DNA of 64,000 nucleotides from Dehalococcoidia bacterium (GCA_002728715.1 PBVQ01000018.1:10015-74014), one strand, 5' to 3'; counted from the stretch's first letter, positions 29,098 through 39,970 are shown. Notes: generated by a model from the sequence alone, not told the origin. Numbers and translations are program-made.

Positions 29098-30131
29098 TTA
29101 TAGTGTTCCATATTTAAGTTTCTTCTTTTTATAACTGCAAATATAATAATAGAAATTAATACAACTGAGAATAAAACACCAAGAAAAATCACATATAATT
29201 TACCTTCTAAAAAGTTAATAACATTACCAGTAAAAGATGGTTCAGGTAATCCGGTAAAACTAACATTTATAATATCATTTTTTTTGAATTCATCCCCAGA
29301 AATCATTATATATTTTTTTTCTCCGATGGTTACTTCTGTTTCATCAGAAAATTGTTCGGCGGTAATTTTCCCTGCATCATAGGGAAGTAGAAACTGAATA
29401 TTTTCTCCTCCATATGGTAGTTTTAAGTCAAAATCAAAGTTGTCATTATTATAATTAATTATGTAATTAGTCAAGATTGAATACTCGCCAGGAGGAATTG
29501 GGTTACTCATAGCAAAACCCGTATTTATTTCTATAACGTTACCTGCAGGTAGTTCAGATTCAACTGCAAGATTTGACCAGCCATCTGGCAAATTAAAACG
29601 GAATAGATTAAAACCAGTCAGACTAGGGTCAGAAAAGTTAGCTGAAAAAACATTGTTTCCAGAATTTTCTATTTTTATCATTGATAAAACACCAGCTTGT
29701 CTAGAATTTTTGTCAATGCTTGGAATCATCATAATATAGGAATTTAGACTGATATCATCTAGTGAATCTGTTCTATCATAAATAGGAATTTCTAAATTAT
29801 TTGTATCATTATTTTCTACATCATAAAAATTTACATAATATCCAACATCTACAACTAATCTATAAATAGCATCTTTAGAATAATTTTCTAAGTTAAATTC
29901 AAAAGATCCATCACTATTGACTATTTGTTCTTTCACTTTTGTTATTGATTCATTTTCTTTATCAATTTGCATCAGTTGTAGGATTGTTGGTTCAGGTAAA
30001 ACACCCGGAGTAGTTATATTTATAATTTTCCCATTAATATTTTTTTCTATATTAACCTGAGAATAAGAATTTTCTACAAAAATATTTTGTAAAATAAACA
30101 TTAAGACGAATATCAACAAAAATTTATACAT
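29094..30131 (-). CDS. hypothetical exported protein with C-terminal TM anchor
   Basis: N-terminal signal-like segment (LLIFVLMFILQNIFV), long Asn/Ser-rich beta-type region and C-terminal TM helix plus KRR. 4-nt and 8-nt overlaps with its neighbours. Confidence 0.5.
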   Translation of the reverse strand: MYKFLLIFVLMFILQNIFVENSYSQVNIEKNINGKIINITTPGVLPEPTILQLMQIDKENESITKVKEQIVNSDGSFEFNLENYSKDAIYRLVVDVGYYVNFYDVENNDTNNLEIPIYDRTDSLDDISLNSYIMMIPSIDKNSRQAGVLSMIKIENSGNNVFSANFSDPSLTGFNLFRFNLPDGWSNLAVESELPAGNVIEINTGFAMSNPIPPGEYSILTNYIINYNNDNFDFDLKLPYGGENIQFLLPYDAGKITAEQFSDETEVTIGEKKYIMISGDEFKKNDIINVSFTGLPEPSFTGNVINFLEGKLYVIFLGVLFSVVLISIIIFAVIKRRNLNMEHYK

Positions 30132-30378
30132 TATTTTTTTCTTTTCTAATCAAATTTGCAGCTTGTAATTTTAAGTACTTAATTTCATTTTCATATGTCT
30201 TTAGGTTTATTTCTCCGTCCATATAATTTTTATGATAATTTTTTATCTCTAAATATAATTTTTTTCTTTCTTGATAATATGATATTTTTTGGTTGTTTAT
30301 TTTTGGCTTTATAATAGGGTAAATTAATACTACTAAACAGATAATAAATAAAAAAGTAATAATCAAAAACTCTAACAT
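30124..30378 (-). CDS. small single-TM protein with coiled-coil tail (possibly CcmI N-terminal-like)
   Basis: 84 aa with a TM helix followed by a charged helical region. Its start (ATG 30376-30378) overlaps the ccmF stop (TAA 30378-30380) by 1 nt. Confidence 0.4.
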   Translation of the reverse strand: MLEFLIITFLFIICLVVLIYPIIKPKINNQKISYYQERKKLYLEIKNYHKNYMDGEINLKTYENEIKYLKLQAANLIRKEKNNV

Positions 30379-32417
30379 TATTTACCTTCTTCTAATTTTT
30401 TATTTGGCCATAAAGCAATCATAGTTCCTAATATAAATATCGGGCCAGATATCCATAACCAAATTGCTAAAGGATTAATACTTATTGATAATGAGACTCT
30501 ACCGTCATCTAAAAAATCTCTAGGAATAACGTATAAATCTTCATAAATACTGCTTTTTATACCTGATCTTACTGAAGCCATATTAAAATTAATGTAGAAT
30601 CCATGCCACGGTTTCAGTTTGCCAATTATTTGTTCATTTTTAGCTAATTCTTCTTTTTTTAAAATAAAACTATCAGTACCTTTATTTTTTGCTTCATTAA
30701 TTTTTTCAGAGTAGTTTTTTGAATCTATTTTATATACAGTCATATTTGCCCATTGAGCTAATCTATCTGAACGATCGTCGTTAATTTTTTCATCATATTG
30801 AATTCTATAATCATCTATTACAACGCTCTCATTAATTTTTAATGCTACATCAGATTTAATCTGGTAAAAATTTGTACCTATTATACCTAGAGCTAAACAG
30901 AGCATTGATATGTGAACTATATAACCTCCATGTCTAGGCTTGTTACCATTAATCATCTTAAAAAAAGATAGGTACCATTTTTCACCATTTTTATATCTTG
31001 AATAACTACCTTTATACCACTGTTGAACTATAGAAATAAAAACAAAACCTACCATTGAAAATGAAGCCATGGCTATAATTTTTTTATCTCCAATTAGCAA
31101 CAATACAATAAATATAATCAAAGCAACTATACTCGGAAAAATCAGCCATTTAATAATTTGATAATAAGATGATTTTCTCCATGGTATTACAGGCCCAATT
31201 CCCATCAGAACAATGATGACTAAGAGTATAGGTCCATTTACTCTATTAAAATATGGTGCAGCAACTGTTACTGAAATATCTCTAGCCAAATCTGAAAAAA
31301 TTGGAAAGATTACTCCCCATAAAGTTATTGCCATGACTGTAATAAATAAGAAGTTATTTATTAGAAGCGAAGATTCTCTTGAAAGAAATGATTCTAATGT
31401 TCTATCTGATTTTAGTCTTGGTAATCTCCAGATAAAAACACCAAAAGCAAATATTATACTTGCTATCATAAACAGTAAAAATACCATTCCTAATGTGGAA
31501 GAAGCAAATGAATGGACACTAACTACAGGACCACCTCTGTTAATGAACATTCCTAATTGTGCTAAAACAAAAGCTATATTAAGTAACACAATATTCCATA
31601 TCCTAAACATTTTTCTTCTTTTTTGTACCATTATAGAATGTAAAAATGCAGTCATCACCAACCAGGGCATCAGTGCTACATTCTCGATAGGATCCCATCC
31701 CCAGTATCCTCCCCATCCTAAAATAGTATATGCCCACCATGCACCGATAAGCATACCTACTCCTAAAATACCCCATGATAAAATTGCTGTTATTCTTGCA
31801 GTATCAATCCAATCATCTGTAAAATTTCCTGAAATTAATGCACTTATGCAAATTGTAAAGGGTATAGTTATCGTTATCAGTCCTGCCATCAACATTGGTG
31901 GATGAGAAAACATAGCTGGATGTGTTAGTAAGGGATTCATTCCTCTCCCATCTACTGGTACATTTTGTAAAGTTGTGAAAGGGTTTGCACCAAATATAAG
32001 TACTAGCAAATAGAAAAGTTGGATTATGCTGAATACAGATATTATAGATTTAATTGAAGAAAATTTATAACTTTTAGGTATAAATTTTATCGTTAATGAT
32101 GAAGTTACAGAGAGAATTAATAGTATGTAGAGTAAAGAACCCTCATTGCCTGCATAAAAAGCTACCCATACAAAAGCTTTATTCATTATTGTATTTGAAT
32201 GATCTGCTACGTACTTAATTGAAAAATCATTATTTACAAATGCATAAATTAAGGTCACTGATGCTAGTAATGACGTTACACTTGTCATGTAATAGGCATT
32301 TCTACCACTAATTGAAAGTTCATTTATTTTCATCCTGGAGCCAATATTGACTGATAAGAGTGAATAAATGCACAGCAGAGTTCCTAGTACTAAAGATATA
32401 TTTCCCAAATTAGACAT
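30378..32417 (-). CDS. ccmF: cytochrome c-type biogenesis heme lyase CcmF
   Basis: WGGYWGWDPIEN (WWD-type motif) and many TM helices. The likely start is the ATG at 32417 (MSNLGN...), overlapping the ccmH stop. Confidence 0.9.
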   Translation of the reverse strand: MSNLGNISLVLGTLLCIYSLLSVNIGSRMKINELSISGRNAYYMTSVTSLLASVTLIYAFVNNDFSIKYVADHSNTIMNKAFVWVAFYAGNEGSLLYILLILSVTSSLTIKFIPKSYKFSSIKSIISVFSIIQLFYLLVLIFGANPFTTLQNVPVDGRGMNPLLTHPAMFSHPPMLMAGLITITIPFTICISALISGNFTDDWIDTARITAILSWGILGVGMLIGAWWAYTILGWGGYWGWDPIENVALMPWLVMTAFLHSIMVQKRRKMFRIWNIVLLNIAFVLAQLGMFINRGGPVVSVHSFASSTLGMVFLLFMIASIIFAFGVFIWRLPRLKSDRTLESFLSRESSLLINNFLFITVMAITLWGVIFPIFSDLARDISVTVAAPYFNRVNGPILLVIIVLMGIGPVIPWRKSSYYQIIKWLIFPSIVALIIFIVLLLIGDKKIIAMASFSMVGFVFISIVQQWYKGSYSRYKNGEKWYLSFFKMINGNKPRHGGYIVHISMLCLALGIIGTNFYQIKSDVALKINESVVIDDYRIQYDEKINDDRSDRLAQWANMTVYKIDSKNYSEKINEAKNKGTDSFILKKEELAKNEQIIGKLKPWHGFYINFNMASVRSGIKSSIYEDLYVIPRDFLDDGRVSLSISINPLAIWLWISGPIFILGTMIALWPNKKLEEGK

Positions 32418-32883
32418 TTTTTTGTTCCAATTCTGCAATTTCTTTCTCAACATATTTTAGATATTCGTTTAATGTTTCTGTATATTCTTTTTCTTGGGTA
32501 TTTGAATTTTTCATACTTTTAATAGTGTATAAAGAAATAGATAATAATAATGAAAAGATAATTACTGGCATAATCCAAGCAACTAAATTAAATCCTGTTG
32601 ATGAGGGCGATGCTATGATATCAGGGCCATACCTATCTATGAAGTACTCCCTAATTTCTTGGTTACTCATTTCTTGGTTGACAAGAGTTTTTAATTTTAG
32701 TTTCATGTCTATTGAAACTTGAGAGTTAGACCCTTCGATTGTTTGAGCGTCACAAACTGGACACATTATTTCAGATGCTAACTTATGATATTTTTGTTCG
32801 TTGGATAGATCGTCTTCTTTAATACAACCTGAAAAAAAAATTATTGATATTAAACATAAACTTATAAAATTAATTTTTACCAT
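32410..32883 (-). CDS. ccmH: cytochrome c-type biogenesis protein CcmH
   Basis: Signal/lipobox-like N-terminus (FFSGC), CPVCDAQTIEGSN redox motif and a following TM segment. Confidence 0.8.
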   Translation of the reverse strand: MVKINFISLCLISIIFFSGCIKEDDLSNEQKYHKLASEIMCPVCDAQTIEGSNSQVSIDMKLKLKTLVNQEMSNQEIREYFIDRYGPDIIASPSSTGFNLVAWIMPVIIFSLLLSISLYTIKSMKNSNTQEKEYTETLNEYLKYVEKEIAELEQKNV

Positions 32884-32913
32884 ACTTAATTTTATAACAA
32901 TAATTTAGTAAAT

Positions 32914-33489
32914 TTATTTGCTTAGCCCGTTTTCTTTATCAAAAATATAATAAACTATTTCTCGTATTTCTTTTTGAGTTAATAATTTTTTGAATGCGGG
33001 CATTAATTGACCTTCACTAACTGCATTGATATAGGTAATCATTAAGTCATGTGTATTAAGTCTGTTAGCTGCAGAATCAACTAGATTAGCAGGTGCATTA
33101 TGAGGCATGCCATTTACTTTGGAGTAAAAATTATTTTTAGAAATAATATGCTTTGTAGCACTTCCATCTCCTAAACCGGTTACACCATGACATGTTGAAC
33201 AGTTAACTCTATATAATTCTGAAGCCATTTTAACATCATAATTTTTAATATTAGGATACTCTGTGTCATTTAGAACAACTTCTGGTCCTCCTTCAGAGTT
33301 GAAAGTTACTGCGTCCACTACAGCTGCAAGTCTAGGAGGCTCTTGGGCTCTATATGATTGAGAATAATGCATTTCTGTGAATGTTTCTATTGGGTATGTG
33401 TTATTTTCTTGAACAGCACAACTAAACATGAGCACAACTAACGAAATACTTACTAAAAATCTTTTATTTAAACTAATATACTTTTTCAT
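32914..33489 (-). CDS. actE: Alternative Complex III monoheme cytochrome c subunit (ActE-like)
   Basis: Lipoprotein-like N-terminus (MFSCA) and a single CSTCHG heme motif. Position in the ACIII operon. Confidence 0.7.
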   Translation of the reverse strand: MKKYISLNKRFLVSISLVVLMFSCAVQENNTYPIETFTEMHYSQSYRAQEPPRLAAVVDAVTFNSEGGPEVVLNDTEYPNIKNYDVKMASELYRVNCSTCHGVTGLGDGSATKHIISKNNFYSKVNGMPHNAPANLVDSAANRLNTHDLMITYINAVSEGQLMPAFKKLLTQKEIREIVYYIFDKENGLSK

Positions 33490-33992
33490 GCTTTTTTTAT
33501 TTCTACAGCTCCTGCATAGTTTAAGACTTTTTCTGCGTCATCTGCCCTTGATTCATCTTCTAGATTTATAACGACCCCGATCCAACCTTCAGTTATTCTT
33601 CTGTCATATGCACCCATTTTTAAATTTGGCAACCTTGATTCAAAAATTATTCCTATAACGGTTGCAATTACACCTGATAGCATTGTTAACTCATACATAA
33701 TTATAAGCATCGCAAAAATTGATAATATAGGTTTCCCACCCGTAACAAGTGGATACGCTAATTGTGTAGCTGCAGTTAAGAATAGCGAAAGTGTAAATCC
33801 AATTATAGCTCCAAACGCTGGAAATCTAAACAATCTATGTTGAGGGACATGTTCTCCAAAAGCGCCTTCTGGATATGGAGTTCCAGTAAGAACATCAAAG
33901 GAACCTAGTTCGAAACCCGCGTTCTTCAAACCATCCATTGCATCCGCAGCTGGTGTTGCTTCTTGAAACAATCCTATCATACTAATACTCAT
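33486..33992 (-). CDS. actD: Alternative Complex III subunit ActD-like (DUF3341)
   Basis: N-terminal soluble domain (AADAMDGLKNAGF), two TM helices and a C-terminal soluble segment. 4-nt overlap with actE. Confidence 0.7.
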   Translation of the reverse strand: MSISMIGLFQEATPAADAMDGLKNAGFELGSFDVLTGTPYPEGAFGEHVPQHRLFRFPAFGAIIGFTLSLFLTAATQLAYPLVTGGKPILSIFAMLIIMYELTMLSGVIATVIGIIFESRLPNLKMGAYDRRITEGWIGVVINLEDESRADDAEKVLNYAGAVEIKKA

Positions 33993-34003
33993 AAATTTTT
34001 CCT

Positions 34004-35383
34004 TTACTCTACTTCTCTAACTATTGCAGGAACTTTTGCCCTACCTATTTGTATATCGTCAGTAAATACTTGACTTTCTTTTTGTTCAAATAATGGTACT
34101 AATGGAAAAAATCTTGAAAATAGTAGCATGAGTAACGAAACCCATGCAAAAGACCAGATCATTATTGCCCATTCTACAGGACTAGGCCTATATGCTTCCC
34201 AAGTGAAAACAAAAGGTGTTCTTCTTGCTAGTCCTGGAACTATAATCAAGAATCTTTCAAGCCACATGCCAACATTGACTAATATTGAAGTCCAAAACAT
34301 AATTGCTATGTTATTTCTATATTTTTTTACGCACCATACTGGTACAGGTATGATATAACCAGTAACCATGAAAATTATAAATAATAGATTCCAAGGCCAT
34401 TGGAATATTTGCATTTCTCTAAGTGCTATTTCAGGAGCATCTTGACCGTATAAGGCAAATATTAGCTCTAAGAATGTACATGCGAGCCATCCAGTAGCTA
34501 CAACAATCAATAATCTAGCTAGAGCATCAAAATGTTCTGGACGAATAAAATCATCCCATTTCCACAACCATCTCATTAAAGCCATCATGGTAACAACAGC
34601 TGATACTCCAGAGTGAACAGCTCCTATAACAAAGTAAGGAGCAAAAATTGTTGAATGCCAACCCTCAACTGCAGAAGCTACAGCAAAGTCCCAAGAAACG
34701 ATTGAGTGAACTGAAACGAAAATAGGTAACATAAGAGCTGAGAGTAATATTCCACCAATAGTCTGCATCTGCCACTGTCTTGGATTACCTTTCCATCCTA
34801 GTGCAAGCAAAGTATAAAAAGCATTTTTCCATCCAGTTGTTCTATCTCTAAGAACACCTAAATCAGGCAATAATGCAATATATAAAAATAGTGTTGAGCC
34901 TGTCAAGTAAGTACTTATAGCGACAGGGTCCATTATCAGTGGAGACCTAATGTTTGGATAAATTCCTCTAGAAATATCGTATGGAAGTATCCAGTATGCT
35001 ATTCTCCAAGGCCTACCTGCGTGTATAAGAGGAAATACTAGCGCAGTAAATAATGAACAAACAGTAAGAAGTTCTGCTGCTCTTGTCACTGGTCTCCTCC
35101 ATTCCGCTTGCGTCAGCCTTAAAATCGCAGATATCATAATTCCAGCATGTGAAATACCTACCCAAAATACGAAAGTAGTGATAAATAATCCCCAGTATAC
35201 TGGTCTAGAAAGTCCAGTAAGTCCTAAACCTCTATTAATCATAGTGGCTATAATAATTAACCCAATCAACACAACAAAACCAAGACCAGCAACTGTAGGT
35301 GCCCACCATTTTGGAGTTTCAAGGGTTCCGTTAAGTAGTACTCGATTCGTATATTCTTGACTTAAGTCTCTTTTTTGTTGCAT
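34004..35383 (-). CDS. NrfD/PsrC-like polytopic quinol-interacting membrane subunit of ACIII (ActC/ActF paralogue 2)
   Basis: About 10 TM helices. VYWGLFITTFVFWVGISHAGIMISA is the NrfD-family N-terminal signature. Confidence 0.75.
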   Translation of the reverse strand: MQQKRDLSQEYTNRVLLNGTLETPKWWAPTVAGLGFVVLIGLIIIATMINRGLGLTGLSRPVYWGLFITTFVFWVGISHAGIMISAILRLTQAEWRRPVTRAAELLTVCSLFTALVFPLIHAGRPWRIAYWILPYDISRGIYPNIRSPLIMDPVAISTYLTGSTLFLYIALLPDLGVLRDRTTGWKNAFYTLLALGWKGNPRQWQMQTIGGILLSALMLPIFVSVHSIVSWDFAVASAVEGWHSTIFAPYFVIGAVHSGVSAVVTMMALMRWLWKWDDFIRPEHFDALARLLIVVATGWLACTFLELIFALYGQDAPEIALREMQIFQWPWNLLFIIFMVTGYIIPVPVWCVKKYRNNIAIMFWTSILVNVGMWLERFLIIVPGLARRTPFVFTWEAYRPSPVEWAIMIWSFAWVSLLMLLFSRFFPLVPLFEQKESQVFTDDIQIGRAKVPAIVREVE

Positions 35384-35397
35384 ATTATTTATATTTC

Positions 35398-36807
35398 CTA
35401 ATCAGGCTTAGCAATCAAAGTTGCATTCCCTCTAATATATTTTATTGGTTTAGATAGCAAATTAAATTCTTGGATTTGCCATATAGATAGCACAGGGATA
35501 ATTTTTGTCATTAGCATAATTATAAGAATAGACAAAGATATACTACCGATAGCTATAACTATATCGTATACATCTGGATAAATTGTATCTGGTATTTGCT
35601 TTAACCATTTCTGATGTATATGTTCTTGTGGAACAGACCACGCAGCTACGAATAAACGTATTCTGTCAAGTAGAAGCCCAAAAATAATTACAGAGGCACC
35701 AATTGCCATACCATTAATACTTTTTCTTACCCTGTTCCATATTAGAATCCACCAAGGCACAAGCCAAATAAATGTAGCACCAGCAAAAAAAGCCCAAATC
35801 ATCGGACCCTTGACAAGTAGGTCTAGGGTTGCCTTGTCATTTTCTGATCTACCATACCAGAATACGATGAATGAAGAGTAAAAGAGATATATCCAAAGAA
35901 GAGTTAATGCAAATAATAATCTTCCCAATGACCAAAACGCATCAAGATGTATATATTTTTCTAAATTCATTTTTTTTCTTACTATCCATAATGCTATTAC
36001 AAGCGCTGCTACACCACCTTGCCATGATGATACAGTATGATATAAGGTGAAAATTGCGTCACGCCAACCTGGCACAACACCCTGAGCAAAATCAGTAGTG
36101 TAGAGAAAGTTTACCATTACCATAACAAAGAAATAGAAAGTTCCAAACATCCCTATTCTCATTCTTAGAGTTCTCCATTGTGAGTCTGTACCAACCCATC
36201 CTCTAGATAGTTTTTTCCCTAGTTTTTGCCTCCATCCAGTGGAGTTTTCTCGCATTGCTGCAAAATCAGGAAGAGCTGCAGAGTAAAATAATGCTATACC
36301 AGTTATAAGTAACAGCACCATACCTATTATTCCCCAAATATGTGGTGAATAATTAGGAGCTTCAAACCATATACTTCTTCTTCTAGTACCATCAACAATC
36401 AATGGAGGAAGTAAAAATAACAGTGGGATTAAGACTATAATTGTAGATATACCTGCGAACGAAAATATTGCTGCTAATCTTGTAAGAGGTCTTACCCAAT
36501 TTGCTTTTGCCATGACTGGCCCCATAGCAACCATTGGAGCTCCTCCAGTTATAGAAAGTAAAAAAGATACTAATGCTGCAATATAACCCCATCTTGTTGA
36601 ATCATCTCCATGGTTGATCCATTTTATTATAAGTGCAATTATCCCAAGAACAGACATTACTCCTAATGTAATAGCAATAATTTTGAAGCTGCTTGATGTT
36701 CCATTAGTTGTATCAATTAGATCCTTAACTATTACAGCGGACTCAACATTTTCAGGAGGTAATGTATGGTGAGAATCATGATTTTCTTTTCTGGATAAAT
36801 TCACCAT
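35398..36807 (-). CDS. NrfD-like polytopic membrane subunit of ACIII (ActC/ActF paralogue 1)
   Basis: About 10 TM helices with weaker NrfD-like similarity. Its start abuts the actB2 stop. Confidence 0.7.
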   Translation of the reverse strand: MVNLSRKENHDSHHTLPPENVESAVIVKDLIDTTNGTSSSFKIIAITLGVMSVLGIIALIIKWINHGDDSTRWGYIAALVSFLLSITGGAPMVAMGPVMAKANWVRPLTRLAAIFSFAGISTIIVLIPLLFLLPPLIVDGTRRRSIWFEAPNYSPHIWGIIGMVLLLITGIALFYSAALPDFAAMRENSTGWRQKLGKKLSRGWVGTDSQWRTLRMRIGMFGTFYFFVMVMVNFLYTTDFAQGVVPGWRDAIFTLYHTVSSWQGGVAALVIALWIVRKKMNLEKYIHLDAFWSLGRLLFALTLLWIYLFYSSFIVFWYGRSENDKATLDLLVKGPMIWAFFAGATFIWLVPWWILIWNRVRKSINGMAIGASVIIFGLLLDRIRLFVAAWSVPQEHIHQKWLKQIPDTIYPDVYDIVIAIGSISLSILIIMLMTKIIPVLSIWQIQEFNLLSKPIKYIRGNATLIAKPD

Positions 36808-37551
36808 TTAATGATGTCCTTCTTCTGAACCTTTTTTGTGAGGATCAACTTTAGCTAAATAAATCACATTCGGGTCTGTTCCAAACTGTTCAAGAAGCGT
36901 AAATGCTCTTTTGTTATTTTTTAATTTCGATACTCTACTATCTGGATCATTTAAGTCTCCAAACACAATTCCATGAGTTCCACATGCTGCTGAACATGCT
37001 GTTTGAATTTCTCCATCTTCCAATTCCCTACCTTCACTTTTTGCTTTTCGAGAAGTTCTATTAATTCTTTGTATGCAAAAACTACATTTTTCCATTATTC
37101 CTCTTGATCTGATTGTTACATCAGGATTTAAGTGGTTTCTTAATGACTCAGGCCAAACAGGATCCCAGTAGTTAAAAAATCTTACTATATAAGGACACGC
37201 ATTTGCACAATATCTAGTTCCAACACATCTATTGTAAACCTGAACATTCAATCCTTCCGAGTTATGATAGCTCGCATATACAGGACATACAGGCTCGCAT
37301 GGGGCATTTTCGCAATGCTGACACATTATGGGAATAAATCTAGCTTTTGTATCAGGGAAATCTCCTTCCCAGTATCTTTCAACTCTAATCCATGAAATTG
37401 ATCTAGCTCTTTCAACTCTATCTTGTGTGTTAATAGGAATGTTGTTTTCTGCTTGGCATGCAAGCACACAGGCTTGACACCCTGTACATTTATCAAGATC
37501 TGCAATCATTCCCCAGTTTCTTGTTCCAAATTTTTCGACATCTGTTGTCAT
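36808..37551 (-). CDS. actB: ACIII iron-sulfur subunit (ActB2, 4Fe-4S ferredoxin-type)
   Basis: Cys clusters CTGCQACVLAC, CQHCENAPCEPVCP, CVGTRYCANACP and CSFC. Confidence 0.85.
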   Translation of the reverse strand: MTTDVEKFGTRNWGMIADLDKCTGCQACVLACQAENNIPINTQDRVERARSISWIRVERYWEGDFPDTKARFIPIMCQHCENAPCEPVCPVYASYHNSEGLNVQVYNRCVGTRYCANACPYIVRFFNYWDPVWPESLRNHLNPDVTIRSRGIMEKCSFCIQRINRTSRKAKSEGRELEDGEIQTACSAACGTHGIVFGDLNDPDSRVSKLKNNKRAFTLLEQFGTDPNVIYLAKVDPHKKGSEEGHH

Positions 37552-37565
37552 ATATTTTTCCTTAA

Positions 37566-39938
37566 TTAGTGATCACTTTTTGATTTCGAATCTTTTTTTT
37601 CAAATAGTTCTTTTTGATATTGATGATGATTGTGCTCTTGTGCTTCCTTAGCAGTTTCGTTAGGGCTCACAACAAGTACTGGTACTCCAGGCTCTACTGG
37701 CCTTGCTTCTACTTCACCTTCCATCTTTGGAACTTTTCTCCTATTACCGGTTTTATTTACTGATACTTTAGTTGCTGCCCATGCAAGAGCACCTGATTCC
37801 GAATCTCGCATATTTGCAAGGATACTAAGAACATTAGAGCCTCTTCCTTCAGCGTATCTACCACCATTTTTATTTCCTTGACCGATTGGAACTCCAATTA
37901 CTCCTGGTCTAATTCCAGGGTGTGGATATGCTAGTGCTTCGATACTTCCATTAGAAGAGGTAATCTCAAGAACATCTCCTTCTCTGATATTTAGGTTTTC
38001 TGCTTGACGGCTATTGATCTCTACCCATGTTGACCAAGATGCTGAAGAAATTGGATCTGGAGTTTGTTGAGCCCAAGGTGCATACGCTAGTCTTCCATCT
38101 AAAATTGAGTTTGAAACAAAAGGTGCAAGGTAAAAGTCTGAAGAATGGTGGTTTACATCAGAAATATGATCTTCACCTGCGTAATTTTCTACAGATGAAA
38201 AATTACTATTGGATTTAATACTTGCAATTCCTTTGCTTGATAATTTAAAGGTTTTATTTTTGTTTGATAAATTCCACCACCCACCTCTCTGAAGTATTCC
38301 ATTCGTAAAATTATCTGGATTAGTTGATATTATCGAACCATTAGAAACATTACCATGAAGTTCTTTTAGGTCATTTTTAATTATTGATTCCATGTCGTTG
38401 CCAAAATTTTCACCTAAATCCTTAGATATTTGCAAAATTAGATCACCAAAACTTTTAGAATTACTAATAATTCCTGTACCGTCGGAGGTCATAGTTTGCC
38501 CCACAATAGGTTGCTGGGTACCTATAACCTGGTAACCTGGTGCAGGCTCAGGAATATTTGTGTCCCATGATTCAAAACAGGTGTCTTCTGGAAGTATCAA
38601 ATCAGCATATTCCATAGTGTCATTATAAACTTGTCCAAAACACACTACATTTTCTACTTTGCTTATTGCTTCTTCTATACCAGTAAATTTAGGCATCCCA
38701 TGAATTATGTCTACACCACGTATTATCAAAGTTTTTACTTCGCCATTTGACCATCTATTAATTTCATTTTCCCAGTCGCTAAGTGAATTACCAGTAGCTG
38801 TAGAATTAATTTTTGGTAACGCTGATTCTGGATTGGGTAATATACCACCCTTTGCATTGATTGAATTAGTGAGAATATTGAGAGAGTAAATGGCAATAGT
38901 AGCAAAAGTTCCATTAGTGTGAGCTTCGGACGACCCTCCCCCGAATGCTATAGAAGGGGTGTGTTTTGCAAAATGTTTGGCTGCTTCTTTTATTTTTTCT
39001 TCAGAAATGTCGCATTTATTTGCAACTATAGAAGTTGAATATTCATCCAAATTGATATCAACTACAGATAAGTATTTATTGATAAACTTTTCGTCAACTA
39101 ATTTACTGGTAATTATTTCATGTGCTATTCCCAGAGCAAGATCACCTTCAGTACCTGGTATGGGTGACAACCAAAGGTCTGAGGATGCAGCAGTATTCGA
39201 CATTCTTGGATCAACATGAATAAAATAACCTCTGTCTCCACCCTTACCTTCTCTAAATGCGCCATACATTTCATTATACTGCGCTGGGGAATGCCATGTG
39301 CTTAGCCAATCAGCTCCAAAAGAAAGAATGGTATGAGAGTTTTCTATATCAAAATGGGGTAGTCTATCTAAGTCAAAAATTCTTTTTAATGTATTTTGTT
39401 GTGTATTTTGATTGATTGGATCAAAATGCATATTTTTTGCTCCAAACTTTTTGGCAAATTCACTTGCAACATACGATGAGTGACTTCTTAGCGGGTTAGT
39501 TATGATTGTGATTTTATCCTTGGAGTCCCGAATCATATTCTTGAAGTCATTAGTCGCCTTATTCCAAGAAGTATTAATGACATTTCCAGATTTAGAATAT
39601 CTGCTCAAAGGTTCCTTAATTCTATCAGGATGATATAGTATTTGAAGAGTGGAATCATATCTTGCAGTAGCTACACCTCTATTAATTGGGTGGTCAGGAT
39701 TTCCTTCTACCTTAGTTGCTCTTCCCTGAACGACTCTGACTATAACACCATCTCCATTTGTATAATCAGGCATGCTTGTTGCGTACCAAGCATCTTCTCC
39801 TCTAACCAAATCTTCAGGATAACCGACTGGACTTTGAACAATCAGTTCTTTTTCAGGTAAGCCACACGCTGCAAAAATCATTGCTCCAGCAGCTGATTTA
39901 CCTGTAAGTGAAAGAAATTCTCTTCGATTGATTTTCAT
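37566..39938 (-). CDS. actB: ACIII molybdopterin-oxidoreductase-like subunit (ActB1) with Tat signal
   Basis: Twin-arginine signal MKINRREFLSLTG. Molybdopterin oxidoreductase-like fold, but no N-terminal CxxCxxxC cluster motif, as in ACIII ActB. Confidence 0.85.
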   Translation of the reverse strand: MKINRREFLSLTGKSAAGAMIFAACGLPEKELIVQSPVGYPEDLVRGEDAWYATSMPDYTNGDGVIVRVVQGRATKVEGNPDHPINRGVATARYDSTLQILYHPDRIKEPLSRYSKSGNVINTSWNKATNDFKNMIRDSKDKITIITNPLRSHSSYVASEFAKKFGAKNMHFDPINQNTQQNTLKRIFDLDRLPHFDIENSHTILSFGADWLSTWHSPAQYNEMYGAFREGKGGDRGYFIHVDPRMSNTAASSDLWLSPIPGTEGDLALGIAHEIITSKLVDEKFINKYLSVVDINLDEYSTSIVANKCDISEEKIKEAAKHFAKHTPSIAFGGGSSEAHTNGTFATIAIYSLNILTNSINAKGGILPNPESALPKINSTATGNSLSDWENEINRWSNGEVKTLIIRGVDIIHGMPKFTGIEEAISKVENVVCFGQVYNDTMEYADLILPEDTCFESWDTNIPEPAPGYQVIGTQQPIVGQTMTSDGTGIISNSKSFGDLILQISKDLGENFGNDMESIIKNDLKELHGNVSNGSIISTNPDNFTNGILQRGGWWNLSNKNKTFKLSSKGIASIKSNSNFSSVENYAGEDHISDVNHHSSDFYLAPFVSNSILDGRLAYAPWAQQTPDPISSASWSTWVEINSRQAENLNIREGDVLEITSSNGSIEALAYPHPGIRPGVIGVPIGQGNKNGGRYAEGRGSNVLSILANMRDSESGALAWAATKVSVNKTGNRRKVPKMEGEVEARPVEPGVPVLVVSPNETAKEAQEHNHHQYQKELFEKKDSKSKSDH

Positions 39939-39970
39939 ATTTAATTTTTTGTCCTTATATCATTCATTAA

